DNA from: Longimicrobiales bacterium
Lineage (GTDB): Bacteria > Gemmatimonadota > Gemmatimonadetes > Longimicrobiales > Gaopeijiaceae
DNA length: 64,000 bases
Direction: 5' to 3'
Assembly (NCBI GenBank): GCA_965248195.1
Contig: CBDFIQ010000002.1
Location: forward strand, 2,688,001-2,752,000
This document shows positions 20,766 to 30,971 of this stretch, one piece after another. The position numbers were made by a program, and so were the translations under genes. Each line of letters begins with the position of its first letter. Within the stretch, counting starts at the first letter, position 1. The notes below the pieces were generated by a model. That model was not told the DNA's origin. It made no database searches and was given only the letters and a program-made list of their open reading frames with translations.

Positions 20766-21151
20766 ATGTTCAGGAAAAACCCGATCCCCGTCGCCCTGCT
20801 GTGCATCGCCCTGCTTGGGGCATGTACAGATCAGGCCGACTCCGTATTCGAGCCGAGCTCCGAAGTCGCATTCGGTCGCGACGGGGAGGGCTCGTGCGGC
20901 GCCATCTCGGCGCTCACGAGGAATGTCTACGTCGGCGCCGACCTCAGTCCGATCTTCGAGGTCGACTTCAACAATCCTCTCGCCGTCGTTCAAGCCGCCG
21001 CCGGCGTTTGGGCTGAGGTTCAGAGCACCCGCTTCGAGGAGAGGGCCGTAGTCCTGGTCGACGAGATCGAGGAGCGACGGCCCCACCTGATCGGTCTCCA
21101 GGAAGTGGCGAGGTTCATCACGATCGATCCCGCGACTGGGGCCCCTACGGC
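20766..21151 (+). pseudogene. 5' part of a lipoprotein EEP-family gene interrupted by the ICE
   Basis: Lipobox LLGAC and EEP N-terminal motifs TRNVYVG and PHLIGLQEV; the host sequence ends at the att core (codons APTA). Confidence 0.9.
21141..21151 (+). repeat. Left att core GCCCCTACGGC
   Basis: Identical to 58062-58072 and in the same reading frame of the split gene. Confidence 0.9.
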
Positions 21152-21622
21152 ACAGTACAGATGGCGTGAATCACGGCAAGGAATCGTCTAAGTTCAACTA
21201 GGACTGCACGATCTGCCGCACTTGCCGTTCGACGATATCTGACTCCACCGTACTGAAATAGCCGTGCTGCCGGCATCGAATGGCGGGAATTCGGGTCGCA
21301 TCACGTTCCATCCGAGGGGCGCTGCGCAGCACCACGAGGAAAGTGCTTCCAGCTCAAGGGTGATGGCAGCGGGGATAAGGCGTCAACACTGCAATTCATG
21401 GCTGACCTCGGAAGTGGTGTCATGGGGGAGTGACGGAAGTAAGAAGGTGCGGCAGAAGTGACCGAGGTCCACGGCCACGGCCAACGTCGACCATACGCCT
21501 GCACGAGGAGGCCGAGACCCTCAGGCTCGCCATCGATACGGCCAAGCTGCCGGCCGGTGTCTCGCCGCACCCCAATCAGCATCGCCTAGGGCGGCGGTCC
21601 AAGTCCCCGTTGACGTGCCTTT

Positions 21623-22200
21623 CTAGAACGAGTCCATCAGCGAAAAGTGGTGATCACCTGTGGCAACGAACTGATCGAACTCGCACCCACGCTGGCATGC
21701 CAAGCCGACACGCTGATCCATGATGCCCGGATAGTACCGAAAGCGTTGGACGCCGAGGTCACTCTGCCCGGCGATCCCCGTCACCATTGAGATCATGTGG
21801 AACACCTCGAGGGACGCCAAGTTGGCGCTGAAGGGGAAGACATTCTCGCGCCGATGTAGAGGACTCCCGGCATCAAGCCCAGCCATGTAGCTGGGATCGT
21901 CAAGCAGGCCCGCCTGATCGAGCGAGACCGTGTTCTCGTCGTAGGCTCCGAGGCAGCGCAGGCACGCTCGGCCAGGCGCCACAGTCTGAACTTGCCAGTC
22001 CGCACCGCGGAACTGGCACTAGATGGCTGTAGGCCAGGAAGTTGAGCACGTGCCGTGGGTGGGGCCGATCGACACAGCTGAACAGGATGTCACAGTCCAG
22101 CGCTGCCCGGTAGCTATCCGGATGGGAGATTCTTTCCGGTACGACACGCAGGTCGAGCGCCGCCGCCGTTGCAACATGAGGCGACGTGCCTTTCCCCCGG
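21623..22200 (-). pseudogene. ThiF/E1-like adenylyltransferase, C-terminal fragment
   Basis: [16 protein letters not shown], then in a shifted frame [10 protein letters not shown]...ENVFPFS; 5' part missing. Confidence 0.75.
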
Positions 22201-22456
22201 GTGCTCACCCGGGATTCGCTGGTTATTGCTCAGCGGACAGGTACGTCGCCTCTCTTTTTACACACCCTTTGATCCTACCTCCGGCCGCAAGCCACAGGAT
22301 GGACGCCAACTGTAATCCTGCACCCATCAGTCGCAGTCCGGCTACCCTACTCCTCTGCTTCTCCTCGAAGACGACATACCACCTGGCTCCGAGAAGGAGG
22401 AAACCCGTGTCACGCCGTTCGTCGCAGGCCACCTGCGCCACGGTGCGCCAACGATA

Positions 22457-23832
22457 GGTAGTGTCCCTAGATTTGTGTAAAAGCGGATAAGCTGGACAGG
22501 AGGGAAAGAAAAACGGAAGCTCCTCTGTTGTTGTTCACTGTCACATGAACCCGGGAGTCCGGGTCTGCAGAGCAGGCTCGGAACCGGAGAGGAGCTTCCG
22601 ATGCAAGAGATTGTGGAGATCGGTCGGGCCACGCAAGACGAGCTACGCGATGATTTGCGCGAGCTGTTTCAAGGCGCGATCCGGCTGACGCTCGAGATGG
22701 TGCTGGAAGAGGAGCTGAAGGCCATGGTAGGTGCACGCCGCTTCGAGCGGGTGGGAAGCCGGAAGGACCATAGGAACGGCACATACCTGAGGCGGCTGCT
22801 GACGAGCCTGGGGCAGATCGAGGTCGCCATGCCCCGGAGCCGGGACAACGGTTCGCCGGCCGACGTGATCGGCCGCTACCAGCGCAGGAGCCCCGAGCTC
22901 GACGAGATGATGGTCGAGGCGTATGTGAGCGGCGTGTCACAGCGCAAGATGGGCGACGTCACCGAGGCGCTGATGGGCGAGCGTGTTGGGCGCTCGACGG
23001 TGAGTCGTGTGGCAAAACGGCTCGACGAGGCCGTGGAAGGGCTGCGCCGTGCGCCGATCGAGGGGCCTCACCCCTATCTGTACCTGGACGCCACGTTCTT
23101 GGACGCCCGCTGGGCCCGCAAAGTCGAGAACGTGAGTGCGCTCGTGGCGTATGCAGTGGGCCCTGAGGGTCACCGACGGCTCCTGGCCGTCACGCTGGGC
23201 GCTGAGGAGTCGCAGCAGAGCTGGTCGGAGCTCCTCGAGCAACTCCAGGACCGCGGCCTCGGCGGTGTCGAGCTCGTGATCGCCGATGAGCACGCAGGCC
23301 TGGCAGCTGCGGTCCGCCGCTTCCTGCCCGAGGCACGCCGTCAGAGGTGTACGGTCCATCTGCAGCGTAATGTGGGGGCGAGGGTCCCCCACCGCCTACG
23401 CAAGCGCGTGGCGCGTGAGGTCTCGGTGATCTTCCAGACATCCGGACTCGCCGAGGCGAAGAAGCTCCTGGGCGAGTTCGGCGCACGCTGGAAGAAGGAG
23501 CTGCCCGAGGCCGTGGAGGTCCTGGAGCGGGGCTTCGGGGCAGCGACGCAGTTCTACGCGTTCCCCGAGGCGCACTGGCCCCGGCTGCGTACCACCAACA
23601 GCCTCGAGCGGCTGCACGGCGAGATCAAACGCAGGATCAAGGCCGCCGGCGCCTTCCCGGACCGGGCCAGCGCCCTCAGGCTCATCACGGCCGTCGCACT
23701 CAGGACCACACACGTCTGGGGCGACCGGCGTTACCTCGACCTCTCACTCCTCCAGAAACAGGAGGTCGCCCAAGCAGCCTAGCCGAAGGCGAGGAGCTTC
23801 CTCCGCTTTTACACACAAATCGGGACTTGACC
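22457..23832 (+). mobile_element. IS256-family element, copy 1 (1376 bp)
   Basis: Ends GGTAGTGTCCC.../...GGGACTTGACC; 8-bp TSD CAACGATA. Confidence 0.95.
22601..23782 (+). CDS. IS256 transposase
   Basis: RNG, YLYLDA, QRCTVH and RTTNSLERLHGEIKRR. Confidence 0.97.
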   Translation: MQEIVEIGRATQDELRDDLRELFQGAIRLTLEMVLEEELKAMVGARRFERVGSRKDHRNGTYLRRLLTSLGQIEVAMPRSRDNGSPADVIGRYQRRSPELDEMMVEAYVSGVSQRKMGDVTEALMGERVGRSTVSRVAKRLDEAVEGLRRAPIEGPHPYLYLDATFLDARWARKVENVSALVAYAVGPEGHRRLLAVTLGAEESQQSWSELLEQLQDRGLGGVELVIADEHAGLAAAVRRFLPEARRQRCTVHLQRNVGARVPHRLRKRVAREVSVIFQTSGLAEAKKLLGEFGARWKKELPEAVEVLERGFGAATQFYAFPEAHWPRLRTTNSLERLHGEIKRRIKAAGAFPDRASALRLITAVALRTTHVWGDRRYLDLSLLQKQEVAQAA

Positions 23833-24301
23833 CAACGATACCCCCTCTCGACGGCTTTACTGGCACGCCGGAGAAGGCGAAAGAGCGCGACGAACGTCTC
23901 CAGAACCAGACCCATGCCCACGCCGGTGGTGATGAGGATGATCCACCAGGCCCTGCCTAGCGGTCCCAGACTCCAGAAGTCTTGCCTCAATGAGATGGAG
24001 AGAAGAAGGGGAAAGACCAGGATCAACACGGCAAGCGTGCCGCTGCGGACTATGTTCCAGACGTCGCCCTGTAGTCGTTCCAGCCCCGGAGGAGGCCAGC
24101 GGAGGCTGGATCCCGTGGACGGTGCCTGCCCATCAACGTTGTCACCGGATTGATCCATGGCCTCTCTTTTTGCTAGGTGTGAGCCACCAGCAAATACCGT
24201 GTCAACGGCCATCGAAAGCTGCACAGGTCTTGGAGTGAACCCTACAAAGTGGACACAGAGGGGGCGATGGATTGACCTTCCGTAATCACTCGGGAGGTTC
24301 G

Positions 24302-24664
24302 ATGACGGTTCGACGACACACGAGGTACAGCACGGAGTTCAAGATCCAGCTGGTCCAGGCGTACTTGGATGGAGAAGGCAGTGCGAGGGCGATCGCTACT
24401 CGACACAGTGTACCTCACTCCCTACTCATGATCTGGGTCAAGAAGTACGGGGAAGGCGAACTTACGGAGGAGATCCACCTGCAGGAGCAAGTTGTCGAGG
24501 ACCAGGCCAAGATCGCGGCACTCGAGCGCAAGATTGGTCAGTTGACGATGGAACTCGACGCCATGAAAAAAAGGGCTCTGATACAGCCGTCACAGAAAAG
24601 CGCGCGGCCGTCGATCATCTCCGGGCCAGGGGTGTCCCTGTCCGACGGGGATGCAGCCTCATGA
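24302..24664 (+). CDS. IS3 transposase OrfA
   Basis: RYSTEFKIQLV HTH; LERKIGQLTMELD coiled coil. Confidence 0.9.
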   Translation: MTVRRHTRYSTEFKIQLVQAYLDGEGSARAIATRHSVPHSLLMIWVKKYGEGELTEEIHLQEQVVEDQAKIAALERKIGQLTMELDAMKKRALIQPSQKSARPSIISGPGVSLSDGDAAS

Positions 24665-25455
24665 ACATCCCGAGGAGTACCTTCTACAAGCGACCGGATG
24701 CGGCCTGCGAGACCGCTCGGGAGAGAGCGGACGGGGACCTGCGCGTGCGGATCGAAGACATTCTCGCCGAGTTCCCCGCCTACGGATATCGCCGGGTCAC
24801 GCACGAACTCGGGAGACGCGGCCTGGTGGTCAATCACAAGCGAGTCTCCAGGATTATGCGTGAACACGCGCTTACGCCCCACCGCGTACGCGCATGGCTT
24901 GCTACGACGAACAGCAATCACAAGCAGCGCATCTACCCGAACCTGAGGTCGTCGATCACGCCCGAGGGGCCTGACGAGCTCTGGGTGGCCGATCTGACGT
25001 ACATCCGGCTCACGACCGGCTTTGTTTTCCTAGCCGTCGTGCTCGACGTGTGGTCGCGGCGTGTCATTGGCTACGCCATCAGCCATCTCCTGGACGTGCG
25101 TCTTTGCCTGGCCGCACTCGATGCCGCACTCGAACTTCGGCAGCCGCGGTCTGGCCTCATCCACCACTCCGATCGCGGCGTCCAGTATGCATCCCAATTG
25201 TACCGTTCACGTCTCGCCGAACACGGTGTCCGAGGATCGATGTCCCGGCGGGGCAACCCGTACGACAACGCCCATGTTGAGAGCTTTTTCAAAACCCTGA
25301 AGCACGAGGAGATCTTGGCAAACGACTACAGCACAATTGATGACGTAGCCAACCGACTCCCCCACTTCCTTGAGGAGGTGTACAATCGAAGACGCTTGCA
25401 CTCCTCGCTCGGTTACATGCCACCTGAGGAATTCGAGAGCATTCATGCAGCTTGA
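24661..25455 (+). CDS. IS3 transposase OrfB (DDE), probably fused to OrfA by a -1 frameshift
   Basis: YGYRRV, WVADLTY, HHSDRGVQY and DNAHVESFF; the -1 frame is open from 24571. Confidence 0.93.
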   Translation: MNIPRSTFYKRPDAACETARERADGDLRVRIEDILAEFPAYGYRRVTHELGRRGLVVNHKRVSRIMREHALTPHRVRAWLATTNSNHKQRIYPNLRSSITPEGPDELWVADLTYIRLTTGFVFLAVVLDVWSRRVIGYAISHLLDVRLCLAALDAALELRQPRSGLIHHSDRGVQYASQLYRSRLAEHGVRGSMSRRGNPYDNAHVESFFKTLKHEEILANDYSTIDDVANRLPHFLEEVYNRRRLHSSLGYMPPEEFESIHAA

Positions 25456-25513
25456 AGCCACTGACTGGTCAATCCAACCAACTCTCGTTGTCCACCCTCA
25501 GGGGTTCACTCCA

Positions 25514-26276
25514 CTCGACGAGGTCCTCACCGGCGTCGATGGCGGCGGCGTCACTGCCTCAGAGGCCATTGAACAGCTTCTGGGCGCCCAAATCATGCTC
25601 CGCAACAACCGACGACTTCAGGCCGCGATGCGCTCGTCCCGGTTGCCGACTATCAAGACGCTCGAAGACTTCGACTTCAGCTTCCAGCCCTCGATCCAGC
25701 GAGATCAGATCGACTCGCTCCACGAGCTCGGCTTCCTGGAGCGCAAGGAAAACGTGATCTTCCTCGGCCCACCGGGCGTCGGCAAGACACATCTCGCGAT
25801 CAGTCTCGCGATCGAGGCAGCCCAGAGCGGCCGTAGGGTCTACTACGGGACGCTCGCTGACCTCATCACTTCGCTCGAAGAAGCGAAGTCCGCTGGTAGG
25901 TTCGGCCACCGCCTCAAGACGCTGACCTATCCGTCTCTGCTCGTCGTCGACGACGATCGGTTATCTACCGGTCGGCCCGACCGGCGCCATGCTCTTCTTC
26001 CAGCTCATCAATCGACGCTACGAGCACGCCTCTACCGTGCTCACTTCCAACAAAGGGTTCGAGGAATGGGGCGAAATCCTGGGCGACGAAGTCATGGCCG
26101 CTGCACTCATCGACCGCCTCGTCCATCACTGCCACATCGTCAACATCCGAGGCAACAGCTTCCGGATGCGTCATCACACCGAACTCTCCAAAGCCCTCCA
26201 CTCGCCTCCTTCGGAGTCGAGCTCTTCACACCCACGGTCTAGGAGAAGAAAACAAAAGGAGAAAACGACGACTTAG
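25514..26276 (+). pseudogene. istB: IS21 helper ATPase IstB, 5'-truncated and frameshifted near 25950
   Basis: FDFSFQP, GPPGVGKT, a broken VVDEIGY, TSNKGF and LIDRLVHH. Confidence 0.9.
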
Positions 26277-26630
26277 AGGCCCGTCACCTCCCGCCGAAAT
26301 GTGTGACATTTTCAACCGGCACATGTGTGACATTTTCAACCGGCGTTGACACCATGGCTCCTTCTGATGGTTAGTGTTCCAGCAAACCACTTTCACCATT
26401 CGAATGCTCCGTTGAGATTACATGGGCACCCTAACGACGACGCTGCCTGTCTAGTGGGGCGGTCTATTGGGTTAGCTCCCGGGGTGGCCGGGGTTGACCG
26501 GTCGTTTCGGAGGCAGACGGGAGCGAGGCCATGAGCGACGCCCCGCTGGCGGAATGGCTCGCCCGCTACCGGCCGCCTAATTGGAGTTTGAATGCGGTAC
26601 CCAAGCGACCTGCTCCGACCGCGCAATGCG

Positions 26631-26819
26631 TCATCGGGTAGCTTGCGATACCTTCGCCTCCTCGAAATAGCGGACTGCGCTTTCGAACTTGTCGCGGCAA
26701 CCGGGATTGCAGAACCCGACGAGATGGCCGTCGTACTCGGTGAGCGAACCGGCCTGCACCGGCTTGCCGGACCAGGGGCAGGTTTGGTTGATGCAATCAG
26801 CAATGTCGAGCGCACGCAT
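26631..26819 (-). CDS. Small YHS-like Cys-containing protein
   Basis: INQTCPWSGKPV...VGFCNPGCRDKF; AAGGAAGG RBS. Confidence 0.75.
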   Translation of the reverse strand: MRALDIADCINQTCPWSGKPVQAGSLTEYDGHLVGFCNPGCRDKFESAVRYFEEAKVSQATR

Positions 26820-27224
26820 CGTGCCTTCCTTCGTTTCGCGGCTGTAGAGTTCAAGAACCCAATGGCGGAGCTCGACCCGGTTCCAGTACGTGAATAGACC
26901 ACCTGGGATATCCCGTCGCTGACCATGATTGACATCGCGCGAAGGAGGCTCCTGATTGTAACGGGTAGGGAGAACCATCGAGCAGATGCGGGTGGCCGCG
27001 TTCCAGGACCCGGACAGGCTGCGGGAATGGCTCCTCTTCAAGCTCCCTTGTTCTACACGGGCGCCGATAGCTAGGGACTCAGGGAGGCGGAGCGGCGATG
27101 ATCGCCCAACTCCAGGGACGCGAGAAAGGCGCTCGAGCCCTTCGCGTGGAAGGGCGCCGGGCCGAATGGATCGTCTTCGCCTGTCTACACAGCGGCGTCT
27201 TCATACGCGACCAGAGGTCCCGGT

Positions 27225-28600
27225 GGTCAAGTCCCGATTTGTGTGTAAAAGCGGAGGAAGCTCCTCGCCTTCGGCTAGGCTGCTTGGGCGACCTCCTGTT
27301 TCTGGAGGAGTGAGAGGTCGAGGTAACGCCGGTCGCCCCAGACGTGTGTGGTCCTGAGTGCGACGGCCGTGATGAGCCTGAGGGCGCTGGCCCGGTCCGG
27401 GAAGGCGCCGGCGGCCTTGATCCTGCGTTTGATCTCGCCGTGCAGCCGCTCGAGGCTGTTGGTGGTACGCAGCCGGGGCCAGTGCGCCTCGGGGAACGCG
27501 TAGAACTGCGTCGCTGCCCCGAAGCCCCGCTCCAGGACCTCCACGGCCTCGGGCAGCTCCTTCTTCCAGCGTGCGCCGAACTCGCCCAGGAGCTTCTTCG
27601 CCTCGGCGAGTCCGGATGTCTGGAAGATCACCGAGACCTCACGCGCCACGCGCTTGCGTAGGCGGTGGGGGACCCTCGCCCCCACATTACGCTGCAGATG
27701 GACCGTACACCTCTGACGGCGTGCCTCGGGCAGGAAGCGGCGGACCGCAGCTGCCAGGCCTGCGTGCTCATCGGCGATCACGAGCTCGACACCGCCGAGG
27801 CCGCGGTCCTGGAGTTGCTCGAGGAGCTCCGACCAGCTCTGCTGCGACTCCTCAGCGCCCAGCGTGACGGCCAGGAGCCGTCGGTGACCCTCAGGGCCCA
27901 CTGCATACGCCACGAGCGCACTCACGTTCTCGACTTTGCGGGCCCAGCGGGCGTCCAAGAACGTGGCGTCCAGGTACAGATAGGGGTGAGGCCCCTCGAT
28001 CGGCGCACGGCGCAGCCCTTCCACGGCCTCGTCGAGCCGTTTTGCCACACGACTCACCGTCGAGCGCCCAACACGCTCGCCCATCAGCGCCTCGGTGACG
28101 TCGCCCATCTTGCGCTGTGACACGCCGCTCACATACGCCTCGACCATCATCTCGTCGAGCTCGGGGCTCCTGCGCTGGTAGCGGCCGATCACGTCGGCCG
28201 GCGAACCGTTGTCCCGGCTCCGGGGCATGGCGACCTCGATCTGCCCCAGGCTCGTCAGCAGCCGCCTCAGGTATGTGCCGTTCCTATAGTCCTTCCGGCT
28301 TCCCACCCGCTCGAAGCGGCGTGCACCTACCATGGCCTTCAGCTCCTCTTCCAGCACCATCTCGAGCGTCAGCCGGATCGCGCCTTGAAACAGCTCGCGC
28401 AAATCATCGCGTAGCTCGTCTTGCGTGGCCCGACCGATCTCCACAATCTCTTGCATCGGAAGCTCCTCTCCGGTTCCGAGCCTGCTCTGCAGACCCGGAC
28501 TCCCGGGTTCATGTGACAGTGAACAACAACAGAGGAGCTTCCGTTTTTCTTTCCCTCCTGTCCAGCTTATCCGCTTTTACACAAATCTAGGGACACTACC
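27225..28600 (-). mobile_element. IS256-family element, copy 2
   Basis: Inverted copy with 9-bp TSD GGTCCCGGT. Confidence 0.95.
27275..28456 (-). CDS. IS256 transposase
   Basis: Same protein as copy 1 except H>Y (KDYRNG). Confidence 0.97.
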   Translation of the reverse strand: MQEIVEIGRATQDELRDDLRELFQGAIRLTLEMVLEEELKAMVGARRFERVGSRKDYRNGTYLRRLLTSLGQIEVAMPRSRDNGSPADVIGRYQRRSPELDEMMVEAYVSGVSQRKMGDVTEALMGERVGRSTVSRVAKRLDEAVEGLRRAPIEGPHPYLYLDATFLDARWARKVENVSALVAYAVGPEGHRRLLAVTLGAEESQQSWSELLEQLQDRGLGGVELVIADEHAGLAAAVRRFLPEARRQRCTVHLQRNVGARVPHRLRKRVAREVSVIFQTSGLAEAKKLLGEFGARWKKELPEAVEVLERGFGAATQFYAFPEAHWPRLRTTNSLERLHGEIKRRIKAAGAFPDRASALRLITAVALRTTHVWGDRRYLDLSLLQKQEVAQAA

Positions 28601-28821
28601 GGTCCCGGTTCCCAGATGCGCATCCTGAACAGGTACGCTGCGGCGTCCACGCCCTGATCGCACGGGGCATGGCGACCGACGAGATGGCCCGAATTGAGGA
28701 GGCCATCCTTCGGGGCGATGGGTGGGTGCTCGGAGAGTATGGTGGTCTGCAGGCCGCCATGAAGCGCAGCGTCGCGCTGAAGAAGCAGGCGCGCCAGCGG
28801 AGCGTATCATCGCCAAGCCGG

Positions 28822-28970
28822 AGCTTGGCGAGACGCGGGCGTAGCCGATCAGCATGTGTTGTAAACGGTCGTTTGCGACACGCTGGCAATGGCGCCGTCC
28901 AGCGAGCGCCGCCGTGTGTCGTATCCCGTGTCTGATTCTATGTCATGCAGACGTCAAGCGCGTGTGACAG
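28822..28970 (-). pseudogene. Serine resolvase N-terminal stub with upstream res-like inverted repeats
   Basis: MLIGYARVS starts at 28855; IR GTGTTGTAAAC/GTTTGCGACAC at 28856-28881; TGTCA...TGACA at 28941-28969. Confidence 0.65.
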
Positions 28971-29090
28971 TGCCGTTCGCTTCTACGTCCGCCGCCGCAG
29001 ATCCTTACTGGGATAGTAACAGCCCCACAAAAACAGCACCAAAATCGGCCCACGGCGCACATTCGTTATGATTGCTGTACGTTGCGAAGA

Positions 29091-29545
29091 AAGGAATCCC
29101 CGATGAAGGAATCCCCGATGAAGGAATCCCCGATGAAGGAATCCCCGATGAAGGAATCCCCGATGAAGGAATCCCCGATGAAGGAATCCCCGATGAAGGA
29201 ATCCCCGATGAAGGAATCCCCGATGAAGGAATCCCCGATGAAGGAATCCCCGATGAAGGAATCCCCGATGAAGGAATCCCCGATGAAGGAATCCCCGATG
29301 AAGGAATCCCCGATGAAGGAATCCCCGATGAAGGAATCCCCGATGAAGGAATCCCCGATGAAGGAATCCCCGATGAAGGAATCCCCGATGAAGGAATCCC
29401 CGATGAAGGAATCCCCGATGAAGGAATCCCCGATGAAGGAATCCCCGATGAAGGAATCCCCGATGAAGGAATCCCCGATGAAGGAATCCCCGATGAAGGA
29501 ATCCCCGATGAAGGAATCCCCGATGAAGGAATCCCCGATGAAGGA
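29091..29545 (+). repeat. Perfect tandem array, 30 x AAGGAATCCCCGATG
   Basis: Identical 15-bp units from 29091 to 29540, plus a partial AAGGA. Confidence 0.97.
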
Positions 29546-30305
29546 TATGCGTCGAGTCCACGCCGAACAACTGATGTCGTCGCTGGAGCTGTCACTGCCC
29601 CCGGTGGCCATCGCGTTCTGTGACGTCGTGCCGGACGACGTGCCGATGTTTGAGGGGGTGGTTCCCGCAGGATGCGCGTTCTGGCCGCAGGCCACGGCGC
29701 GCACCTTCGCGACAGCAGCCCGTGACCACGCCCTGTGCGCGATTGGCATCCACACGCACAATCTCTCGGGCGCGGCGGCCTCGCAGCCGGATGAGTTGCA
29801 AGCCTCCCTCAAGGCCATGATGGGACTCGATTACGTACGCGAGGAAGAAATCGCCGCCATTCCGGTCATGCAGGACAAGCTGGCCCATGCGCTCTACGGT
29901 CCGCTCGCGGACTTCCCGGTCCAGCCCGAGGTCGTCCTGGTGTTCGCCCACGCGCAACACGGGCTCATCCTGAGTGAGGCCGTCGCGCGCGTCGATGGCG
30001 GCACACCGCCGGCGATGGGGCGACCGGCGTGTGCCATCGTCCCTCACGTGCTCAATCAGCGGCGCGCGGCCATGAGCCTAGGGTGCTGCGGCGCGCGTGC
30101 CTACCTCGATGCGTTGACGGACGATGTAGCGCTATGGGCTCTGCCGGCACATTGCCTCGACCAGTACTGTGAGCAGATTGCCGCATTCGCTGATGCGAAC
30201 AGGACGCTCACGGCGTTTCATGAGCGTCGGCGGCAGGATGTCGAGTCTGGCCAGAGACCGACGGTCCAACAGTCGCTCGAGCGGCTGTCGGAGCCAGCGC
30301 CGTAA
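29538..30305 (+). CDS. DUF169 family protein; the array could extend it by (MKESP)n
   Basis: PPVAIAF, GCAFW, CAIG, YGPL, PEVVLVF, GRPAC and SLGCCGAR Cys pattern. Confidence 0.8.
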   Translation: MKDMRRVHAEQLMSSLELSLPPVAIAFCDVVPDDVPMFEGVVPAGCAFWPQATARTFATAARDHALCAIGIHTHNLSGAAASQPDELQASLKAMMGLDYVREEEIAAIPVMQDKLAHALYGPLADFPVQPEVVLVFAHAQHGLILSEAVARVDGGTPPAMGRPACAIVPHVLNQRRAAMSLGCCGARAYLDALTDDVALWALPAHCLDQYCEQIAAFADANRTLTAFHERRRQDVESGQRPTVQQSLERLSEPAP

Positions 30306-30589
30306 CTGCCGTCCGCTCACCAGGACACCGCCACGCTGGCCCCGATGCACGCCGAGCCCGCCGCAGTGTGCAAGACGACCTCCGCGCCGAGGGGGCGGTA
30401 CACGCCGAGCGTGTCGCCAGCAAACGACGACGAGACCGTGACCGCCGTGGTCAGCACGCTCCTGACCCTAGCTCTACTTCTTGATGTGGCCCGGCTTGCT
30501 GGGGGGCCGGGACGACTAGTGCGTTTTCACGGTGCTGTAGTGACTCGTAACCGCTATTGAAGCTCTGCACGTGAGCGTCTATGACCCCT

Positions 30590-30835
30590 CGACCGACGAT
30601 CACCAGCCAATCGAATAGGCGGCGGATGGCGGCCAGATGCTGCTTGATCGTGGGGGCACGATACCCGCCTTGCATTTCTTCGATGTAGGTGGCCACCGCG
30701 ACCGGCGAAATCTGTGCGAGCTCGAGCCCGCGCGCGTCGCACCAAGCGAAGAATCGCGTCACAGCCGCGCCGTACGCCGCGCGCGTATGCGGGTTGCGGA
30801 TCTGGGCCGTGAAAAACTCAACCGTCCGCTCCGCG
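30590..30835 (-). pseudogene. Tyrosine recombinase N-terminal SAM-like domain fragment
   Basis: EFFTAQIRNPHTRAAY...TIKQHLAAIRRLFDWLV; no catalytic domain follows. Confidence 0.8.
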
Positions 30836-30971
30836 GCTTACCGCTGTCGTTCCTTAAGGATCCGTTCCAGCGCTTCCACGCCGAGCGCCTGAAGACTGGT
30901 GTCCTCGTCGAGGGAGAGCTGTCGCAGTTGCCGGTGTAGTTTTGGCTGGAGTCGGAGCAACACTCCTTTCA

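Larger units (their letters stand above)
22280..24158 (-). pseudogene. Membrane protein gene interrupted by IS256 and truncated at the 3' end
   Basis: MDQSGD...VERGYRW resumes across the TSD as RTVAQVACDERRDTGFLLLG. Confidence 0.65.
24231..25513 (+). mobile_element. IS3-family element (1283 bp)
   Basis: IRs TGGAGTGAACCC/GGGTTCACTCCA; orfA/orfB with an A7G slippery site at 24566-24573; no TSD. Confidence 0.93.
24200..26351 (+). mobile_element. IS21-family remnant lacking istA and containing an IS3
   Basis: Ends TGTCAACGG.../...CGTTGACA; tandem 22-bp ATGTGTGACATTTTCAACCGGC at the right end; istB fragment. Confidence 0.8.
26986..28810 (+). pseudogene. Collapsed relic of a sister ICE: end of a TrbJ/VirB5-like gene plus an internally deleted paralog of gene 48258, split by IS256
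   Basis: MRVAAFQDPDRLREWLLFKLP resembles MRAAAFQNRDRLREGLLFKIP. AEWIVFACLHSGVF and ARIEEAIL...EYGGLQAAMKRSVAL match gene 48258. Confidence 0.85.

Noticed and set aside
22256..22279. TTTTTACACACCCTTTGATCCTACC, resembling an IS256-type end
   Set aside because: It coincides with a gene truncation, but there is no partner end or transposase, so support is too weak.
29091..29545. CRISPR array
   Set aside because: The units are contiguous with no spacers, and no cas genes are present.
28983..29818. Repeat-peptide ORFs (GFLHR)n, (SSGIP)n, (GDSFI)n, (DEGIP)n
   Set aside because: By-products of a stop-free 15-mer; only the MKESP frame joins a real gene.
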